In this document: positions 58,101 through 64,000 of the stretch, piece after piece
Position numbering within the stretch: position 1 is the first letter of the stretch
Layout of the letters: each line of letters begins with the position of its first letter
From: a virus
Lineage: Duplodnaviria > Caudoviricetes
IMG/VR virus record: IMGVR_UViG_3300028048_000001
Coordinates: 64,001-128,000 of that record
Strand: one strand, 5' to 3'
Length of the DNA: 64,000 bases
The notes under the pieces: generated by a model
What the model was told of the DNA's origin: nothing
The model's database searches: none
Seen by the model: only the letters and a program-made list of their open reading frames with translations
Position numbers and translations under genes: made by a program

Positions 58101-58615
58101 TTAATCCAGAAAATCATTATATCAAAGAACTTGAAATTTATGCAGTAGATGCTATTTTACATATGCTAGTAGATATGTATGAGTATAATCAGATTAATAT
58201 TAACGATACTATAGGAAAAATGAGTGTTACAAAATATCTTACTGAATATATTAATGAATGGATAACAGATATTGCATATGTATTTCTTAAATTAGAACTT
58301 CATGATGGAGAAATACATTGCTCTAAATATTTCTGTCCTCATTGTGGAAAAGAGATAGAATATAATACTATAACTTGTCCATATTGTGGAAAAACAATAT
58401 TAGAACCAGATTCTAAGTATCACTATATAAGTCATATTAAAGATACGTTAAGCAAATCTGCTAGACTTAATTTAAATTATGCAATTAATTTTAGAGAAAG
58501 TATTAATAATTTCAATCAAACTATGAGTTTATATGAACAACCATATAGACTTTTTGATAATTATTATGCAATTATAACTCAAGAATTTCCACCACATGAA
58601 TTTATAGATGCTTAA
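55154..58615 (+). CDS. Large virion structural (baseplate-associated) protein with two double-zinc-ribbon inserts
   Basis: 1153 aa; YVEYNNYYRMLHG; LIKFKSTDKCIVDIISLFG (baseplate wedge-like); CPQCG..CPQCG and CPHCG..CPYCG; late-type promoter. Confidence 0.6.
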   Translation: MEKVTLSSKVFTENPLLDEIIYNIRQLAIGTILKDQDKADNNETLESIKAGDVLISLNRGHYNFNFFYYDETLLRQISGLTEEEIIEYSADNSKIPESIRKPLFNMASETFLNNYVEYNNYYRMLHGEPDYDETGVWQGLWIDDNYIDEEIPTSLDHISIAYKEEYDNNGNLISNYKLIHELSLAKQIILDSNGTLDNIIENETWLTANNLERDNVLYLFHMGDKQIEYYDARTAEKFAMLYCPSCDSEEVRIRYKDLLEANRLYLLYTVYSTAYKYRSDYYDNFMMVFLIIQTIIDMIVELPEYLIRRDIFDTRTARYIFESNGVKYFKDIPLRYQIALVKNLNKLIKFKSTDKCIVDIISLFGFRNINAFKYYILKDRNVNNPDNLDYYDNTKIVTDEEGNRDIVPDNDTNYDVKFIKVPLLDPIYDNYAKKDQNILEYDEITLPDAYWTGDKQYETVKSGVKDLDFTVLRSKYYTIEAVIDLAERNFSLVYFMNILMYNKIDKSSLRINLPNISTTKKVELVNAILALYSLGYIYYGIEDTIMDSRSKIAEILGFNMEADFAAIAQYLHDNHRGLTLEELCYGHDAVERPGFTVPSDDKIYSFEELRAIFLNNRDIYKHVIEVMQNPPSKEIYNAYRYLYKTLFIMDMNLEYFLVGDNDIVDEYKSNGYTTRFINIPKPENYQNPDVYEYDMKCLTSTCNENTLYFEMSDNFNDTHEFNLYTYNPENEEFISLNATAKMASTYTEYMRYNDGNVYKFLVQVASIDDEEKRQETCVNAIQQIIGYIKDYVDEDKTEVYMDDVFSGLPSVSLEFVKSYIEEVIDFFKSFKIFTHESSIMYVIDDKFDQYVQLIDHILLKYLFDKAEIIKIEDFISNSKVNITEKERADLIDKVWFSMDWWIRKNYSEYYENNRNALEENTRHEFVYYCPQCGTKLNSNDTVCPQCGTENKVPIIFDNYASFNKAIREWIDRRTTFELYDEMFNPENHYIKELEIYAVDAILHMLVDMYEYNQININDTIGKMSVTKYLTEYINEWITDIAYVFLKLELHDGEIHCSKYFCPHCGKEIEYNTITCPYCGKTILEPDSKYHYISHIKDTLSKSARLNLNYAINFRESINNFNQTMSLYEQPYRLFDNYYAIITQEFPPHEFIDA

Positions 58616-58629
58616 TACTATATAAGCAG

Positions 58630-58643
58630 AACATTCAATTAAT
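58630..58643 (+). promoter_or_regulatory. Late-type phage promoter motif
   Basis: AACATTCAATTAAT upstream of 58675. Confidence 0.6.
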
Positions 58644-58674
58644 TACGTTAACACATTATAGGAGGTTAATTATA

Positions 58675-59490
58675 ATGCCTAATAAAAATATCACATTATT
58701 CGATTTTCAAAAAGCGAATGATGATGTTAATCTTAAAAAGACATGGCTTAAAGGCGAAGTTATTTTCAAAAATATTGATACTGGAGAGCCTATTCTTACT
58801 GTTCATAATAAAGTAGTTATTGCTGGTTCTCAATTTGTGGCTCAAAAGGTATTTGATCTTGATGAACTTGTTCATCTTCCTACCTATAATGAGTCTCTTT
58901 CTCTTGATAATAGTAGTGATCCAGGAGCTATTCCAGAAAATACTCCTAAAGCATGCCTTTTCTGTTGTGGTACACAAGGTTGTGGACCAGAAAGCTCTGC
59001 AGTTTATCCGGTTCAATATACCAATAGAATTAAGCCTGCTGGAGATCTTGTTCCATTTAGATATCAACTTATTCAAAATGATCTTCCTGATGATTTAAGA
59101 GAAGTTTATTTTGGAAGAAAAGCAACTTCTGATAGAATTGCATATTATTTTAAAGCTTTCGAATCTGAGCCTAAATTATATATGCAATATGTAGATTCAA
59201 CTCCTATTGATTCTACTCTTTATGATTCTCAGAATACGTCTGATGCTGAAACTTATGTTGAATTTACTCTGAGAATTACTAAAGATGATTTTAGAGATTA
59301 TTTTAGAGCAACTTCTTCTATCAATGATGCTAAAATTAATTCTATTTCTATCCTTACTGCATGGTATACTACGAGTCAGGGATATAAATGGTATCAAAAT
59401 ATTATTCCTCTTACTCAATTAAATATTCCTAATGAACCTCTTATTGATCTTACAAAAGGAATTGATATTACATACCATATCTACTTCTAA
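58675..59490 (+). CDS. Virion structural protein (baseplate/tail-associated)
   Basis: GEVIF...VHNKVVIAGSQFVA N-terminus, beta-rich C-terminus, late-type promoter, AGGAGG RBS. Confidence 0.55.
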   Translation: MPNKNITLFDFQKANDDVNLKKTWLKGEVIFKNIDTGEPILTVHNKVVIAGSQFVAQKVFDLDELVHLPTYNESLSLDNSSDPGAIPENTPKACLFCCGTQGCGPESSAVYPVQYTNRIKPAGDLVPFRYQLIQNDLPDDLREVYFGRKATSDRIAYYFKAFESEPKLYMQYVDSTPIDSTLYDSQNTSDAETYVEFTLRITKDDFRDYFRATSSINDAKINSISILTAWYTTSQGYKWYQNIIPLTQLNIPNEPLIDLTKGIDITYHIYF

Positions 59491-59508
59491 TATTAGGAGG
59501 TGGATATA

Positions 59509-60738
59509 ATGGCTAAAAGAGTATCGAAAAAAATTACTAATAGTGAATTAAGAGATACTTTAATTAATATAGAAGAGAAAAATATAACTGCTTCATTTAT
59601 ATATGATTTATTTGGTGAATTTGATGGGGTTGCAAAATGCAACCCCTATGACACTATAGACATTCCACCAAATAAATATGGACCAGATAAAAAGAAAAAT
59701 AAAAATAGCTTTACCACTACAGTAGGTTTGTGGATTTTTAATAAATGGATAATAGAACCAGATTTATTTAATATATTTGGATATATAAATAAAACTATTG
59801 ATGGAAAACAACTTGATCATATGAATCAAGAATTATCATATGCTTTAATGGAAGACAGAATTGAAGTTGAAGCTTTAAAAAGATATTTAATGAAAACTCA
59901 ATTAGCTATGCAATTTGTTACTATATTAGCTCCTAATTATAATGAATCTATTTTAACAATAACAAAAACCATAGATAAAAGAAAAGAAGAATTAATTAAA
60001 AAATATAAAAAAGAATTAGATTCTGGTGACACTGTAATAGCTAAACAAATCGAAGATGAATTAATTGATTATGCTTTGAAAGTTCTTGAAGATGATCCAT
60101 CATTAGATACTTTCTTATCTGGAGCTAGAAGCAATATAAATAATAATTTTAAAAATTTATTTATTTGGAAAGGGGCTACTAGAGATCCTAATCCAGATTC
60201 TAAACAAGAATTTAGAATAGCTACATCGAATTATACGGATGGTATTAAAAGAGAAGAATATGGATTATATTCTAACTCTGGTATTGAAGGAGCATATTCT
60301 CGTGGTAAGAAAACAGAACATGGAGGATATCTGGAAAATCTAGCTACTTCAGCTTATCAAGATATTATTCTTGACGAACCAGGTACTGATTGTGGTACTA
60401 ATAGATATATTGAAGATGTAATTACTGAAAAGAATTTAAATAGATATATTTATAATAATATTATAGGTCCTAATGGTAAATTAATAGAATTAAATTCACA
60501 AAATGCTAAAAAATATTTTGGGAAAAAAGTAAAAATGAGAATGGCATTTCTTTGCCCTCATGAAAAGCCATGCAATGCTTGTGCTGGTAATTTCTATTAT
60601 AAATTAGGAATAAAGAATGTAGGACTTACTCTAATGCAAGTATTCTCTATATATAAAAATAAAACGATGAAAGCTTTCCATGATAGTACTGTTCAATTAA
60701 TTGAAATAGACACTATGAAAGCTTTCGGATTAAAGTAA
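59509..60738 (+). CDS. Phage RNA polymerase beta'-like fragment (funnel, bridge helix, Zn site, first trigger helix)
   Basis: TTVG, SGARS, NYTDGI..EY, GAYSR..TEHGGYL, DCGT, CPHEKPCNACAG, NVG and TMKAFH; ATG at 59509 behind AGGAGGTG. Confidence 0.85.
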   Translation: MAKRVSKKITNSELRDTLINIEEKNITASFIYDLFGEFDGVAKCNPYDTIDIPPNKYGPDKKKNKNSFTTTVGLWIFNKWIIEPDLFNIFGYINKTIDGKQLDHMNQELSYALMEDRIEVEALKRYLMKTQLAMQFVTILAPNYNESILTITKTIDKRKEELIKKYKKELDSGDTVIAKQIEDELIDYALKVLEDDPSLDTFLSGARSNINNNFKNLFIWKGATRDPNPDSKQEFRIATSNYTDGIKREEYGLYSNSGIEGAYSRGKKTEHGGYLENLATSAYQDIILDEPGTDCGTNRYIEDVITEKNLNRYIYNNIIGPNGKLIELNSQNAKKYFGKKVKMRMAFLCPHEKPCNACAGNFYYKLGIKNVGLTLMQVFSIYKNKTMKAFHDSTVQLIEIDTMKAFGLK

Positions 60739-60739
60739 T

Positions 60740-61138
60740 ATGAAAGATGATTATTATGATCTTCTTACAAATAAAACTTTTATTAGAGGGTATGAAAGTA
60801 AAAAAGTAGAAGAATCTAAACATTTAAAATATCCAGATATTTTTCCAAATATTTATATAATAACAAGAACAGGTCAAATTTATAGCACTGTAGATGACTT
60901 ATATATTAGATGGGATTATATAAATAAATTCCCTTCTGTAAATCTATTATGTAGAAAAATAGAAGGAGAACCATTTATAAAAAAGAGATATCTTATTAAA
61001 GATCTTATGGCTTATAATTATATAGCAAATGCTAATAATTATTTAGAGAGAGGTTGTAAGATCGTTAATATAGATGGAGATCCAAATAATTGTAATTATA
61101 ATAATATAATATTTTTAGATCCAGAAAAAGTATATTAA
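60740..61138 (+). CDS. Degenerate NUMOD4/HNH homing-endonuclease-like protein
   Basis: YIITRTGQIYS..PSVNL..RYLIKDLMAYNYI..IVNIDGDPNNCNYNNI follows the HNH_3 layout but lacks the usual His residues. Confidence 0.55.
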   Translation: MKDDYYDLLTNKTFIRGYESKKVEESKHLKYPDIFPNIYIITRTGQIYSTVDDLYIRWDYINKFPSVNLLCRKIEGEPFIKKRYLIKDLMAYNYIANANNYLERGCKIVNIDGDPNNCNYNNIIFLDPEKVY

Positions 61139-61143
61139 ATAAA

Positions 61144-61179
61144 AATAAATCCAGAGGAATTTATCCCTCTGGATTTATT
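61144..61179. terminator. Bidirectional terminator
   Basis: AATAAATCCAGAGG/CCTCTGGATTTATT stem between convergent genes. Confidence 0.8.
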
Positions 61180-61183
61180 ATTT

Positions 61184-61989
61184 TCATAATCTATTAAATA
61201 AATCTGATAAATTTCCAACTAGTTTAGGATCTTTATTTTTATCTATATTATCTTCTCCATAAAATTCTTTATTTATATCATCTAAAATATCTGTATAACC
61301 AAGTTTAGATTCTTTTTCTAGGTAATCCATCGGTATATGATAAGCTTTACTTATAGCTTCTCTTCCATATGGTGTTCTCTTTATTTTATCTAAAGCTTTT
61401 TGGTCTTCCAACATTTGTTGTTTATATAAATCTTCAAAAGTAATATTTTTTCTAGAATTTAATATTTTTAATTGCTCTTCAGCTATTTGTACAGCAGGAT
61501 CTTCTGTCTTAAATACAGATGGATCAATATTTTCTCCTTCCATATACTCTTCTTCAAGAGAATAAGAAGTTTCATCATAATGATCATCTGTATAAATTTC
61601 AGTTTTCATCAAATGGAATCTTGTAGCAAGTTCTTCGCCATGATAAAATACATAAAGAGCCCAAAGATAAGAAAATACTAAATCGTCATGTGCATCGTCA
61701 GCATGTTCAGTTTTACCATTAGGTTTAACTACCATTGTACAAAGCTCATCATATATTTCTTTAGAATTGAACTTATCTCTATGATGTTGTACTCTTTGAT
61801 GAAGAAGTTCAATTAAAAGATTACGAGTTTGCTTTGTAGATGTACCACCATATACTTTTACTTTTCGTGTTTTTCTACGTACAGCTGTACCATCAAATAC
61901 TTCTTCTGTCATTCTATCTTTAATTTCATAATATAGATTTTTCTTGATAGAAGTTTTTAAAAGCATTTGAAGAACAGAAGAACCAAAAC
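61184..61989 (-). CDS. terL: Terminase large subunit, exon 2
   Basis: FGSSVLQML...ELCTMV..NGKTEH..AHDDLVFS nuclease motifs; the spliced product would be about 745 aa. Confidence 0.85.
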
Positions 61990-62458
61990 CATTTATGTTT
62001 AGAATCGATCGCAACTCAATTCCTCTAGTTAATTCTAGACACTCTCATTACAAGTAGTGATCAGATCATTTGTTCACCCATAAAATGGGGCAGTATTTTT
62101 CTTCCTCCATTAGCTTGAGGTTCTACTCTTCCGTAAGAAGATGATCGTTGAGCCTTAATCTTATTTAAAAATAATACCTGGAATTAAATTCAAAAACATA
62201 TATATTTTTATCTTCCTTTATAATAAAATTAATTCCAAATATTATTTTTTAAATTTAGATTATTGGTTGCTATACTTTGGCTTCTAACAAAGACTTAGGA
62301 TTTAACCATATCTTTATCCAAACTTTTCTTTCTGATTTCTCAACATTCACGCTTGTCTTTTCAGGCTACGTTGTAGTAAGTTTGGCTCTTAACCAGTGAG
62401 TCATAGCAATTAACACTGAAACATTGACAGATTACTCTATCAAGTGAGACTTTAGTTG
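61990..62458 (-). ncRNA. Group I self-splicing intron (subgroup IA-like, ~469 nt, no homing endonuclease ORF)
   Basis: Minus-strand pairings: P2 TTGATAGA-GTAA-TCTGTCAA; P3 CAGTGTT/AATACTG; P4 TTGCTAT/ATAGCAA; P7 GATCAT/ATGATC after TCAAC; P7.1 and P7.2 hairpins; P8 CCCAT/ATGGG; P9 series; terminal G. Removal restores the terminase frame. Confidence 0.85.
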
Positions 62459-63890
62459 CTCCGTTGTTCTCAATTATACAGATAGCATTTTTAGCATATC
62501 CTGTTACAAATTGATATATTAAATCTGCCAATTCTGGCATAGTAATAAAATTATTTCTAAATGTAGCAATAACTTTAGTAGTCTCAGAATCTATAACTGT
62601 TATAGCTGAAGCATCTCTATGAACTCCAGAAGCTGTATCAACACCAATGATTAGTGGGTATGTAGACCCTACTGGTATTGTATCCCAAAATTTCATTTGG
62701 AATTGTCCAGACTTGCCAAAGAATAAAGTATATCTAGGTTCTTCTTTAACCATGGAAGCTATAACTTCTAAATCTTCTCTATTGAATGGATTGTTATCTG
62801 CCATTTTAGCCCATTCAATTAATACTTCTCTTCGTATTTTAGACCAATCATTCTGTAAAAGTTTTACCATATTATCAAAATACTTAGCACCTTTACCAAG
62901 CATTTGATATGTATATCTTATATGCATGAAATTGGATTGTGTATTTGAATTGATCAAAGACATCAATTTATCATAAGGATAATCATAAAACGATTCATTC
63001 CACTGAGTAGCATTCTCAGTGATCTTATATGCAAATTGTCCTTCTCTAGTAGTAAGGTCTCCTGGAGTTGATGTAATAAGCATTCCATATGGAGATCCAT
63101 TTTTCTTTGCATTTTCTGATGCTGTAGAAAATGCAGGAGCAGCAGCTGTATATACTATATCATTATATGGTAAGAATGCAAACTCATCAAAATATAGTAA
63201 TGGAACAGTAGCACCACGACCAGCACCATCAGCTAAAGCAGGAGTACGAGCACCTGGTAAAGTTGAAATCAAATTTCTATTTATTGGATTTTGTAGAGTT
63301 TCAGCAGTATTTGGTACTCTAACTTGTTTACCATCTCTACCTATAAGAGAATCCATTCTAAGATAATCTGGTAAAGCTGATCTTAAATTCTTTAATGATC
63401 TAAGATTAGATTTAGAGTCATCATGTTTCTTATTTGCAAATAATATTTTACTGTTTGTAGTACCAAAATTAAAAGCCCACAAATAAAAACATAAAGCACT
63501 TATTGATTTACCTTGCTGTCTTGGAATACAAACCACTTGATTTATATTATATACAAACATATAACTCATTGCCAAATTAGCTCTTGTTAATTCATACAAT
63601 TTACCAGAACCAGCTTGACCACCTTCTTCAGGTATTCTTATAACTTCTCTTATATAATACCAATAATTTACACAACATTCTTTAAGAATACGTAACTTCA
63701 TTTCTCTTGATAGCATAGGATTATATGGATTTACTCCAGCTAATCCAGTATCGTATAATAATAAGAAAAATGAATTATTTTTTATTCCTTTTGCTTTAAG
63801 AAAATAATGCATTTTTAAAAAACTCTGATTATTTGTATTATAATCATAATATACTTTAATTGGAGTTTGTACCACATTTAGTACAGCCAT
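62459..63890 (-). CDS. terL: Terminase large subunit, exon 1 (ATPase and start of nuclease domain)
   Basis: Walker A CIPRQQGKS, Walker B LLYFDEFAF, ITSTPG, nuclease IIGVDTASG; terminase-like sequence stops at IIENNG. Confidence 0.9.
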
Positions 63891-63911
63891 ATATTATTCT
63901 CCCATTAATAA

Positions 63912-63925
63912 ATTATTATGAAGTA
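63912..63925 (-). promoter_or_regulatory. Late-type phage promoter motif
   Basis: TACTTCATAATAAT upstream of the terminase gene. Confidence 0.5.
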
Positions 63926-63964
63926 AACATGATATGTAATAATAAAAATTATAGAGGTATAATT

Positions 63965-64000
63965 ATGAAATCTGTAAATTATCATATTATATTTTTTGGA
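63965..64000 (+). CDS. Probable start of a gene running off the window
   Basis: AGAGGT RBS followed by ATG; frame open to the window end. Confidence 0.35.
   Translation, partial: MKSVNYHIIFFG

Noticed and set aside
61990-62458. Terminase pseudogene, intein, or two independent ORFs as drawn in the ORF track
   Set aside because: The gap contains stop codons and a full group I core; the ORF extensions (ATKVSL..., MRSILNIN) are intron sequence.
1-64000. Stop-codon reassignment
   Set aside because: Coding density is high under the standard code, with very long intact ORFs and no fragmented genes.
1-64000. tRNA or rRNA genes
   Set aside because: Intergenic gaps are short, AT-rich and explained by promoters and terminators; no cloverleaf or T-loop signature was seen.

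Overview
A very AT-rich, gene-dense segment of a jumbo bacteriophage resembling the AR9/PBS1/phiKZ group, probably infecting a Gram-positive (Firmicutes) host given the strong GGAGG RBSs and the CHAP/lysozyme tail enzymes. It encodes baseplate/virion proteins and a 3585-aa tail protein with four C-terminal wall-hydrolase-like domains. Two pieces of a multisubunit RNA polymerase are present (a beta-like chain with a long N-terminal extension, and a beta'-like fragment). Also present are RusA-like, RNase H-like, kinase-like, PolB-palm-like and DUF5664 proteins, and a terminase large subunit gene split by an ORF-less group I intron with an apparently non-canonical 5' splice site. Two phage promoter motifs can be read from the intergenic DNA: ATATTATAATWNTGAA (early-like) and NACWT-N5-TAAW (late-like). 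The most striking feature is 48143-52842: five tandem paralogous genes built almost entirely from about 53 copies of a 26-aa (78-bp) repeat. The scaffold is near-invariant, the hypervariable positions fall on one predicted helix face, and whole variant modules are shuffled between genes. This looks like a natural, recombining repeat-protein binder library expressed early in infection. All functional calls are from motif recognition by eye; no database searches were run.
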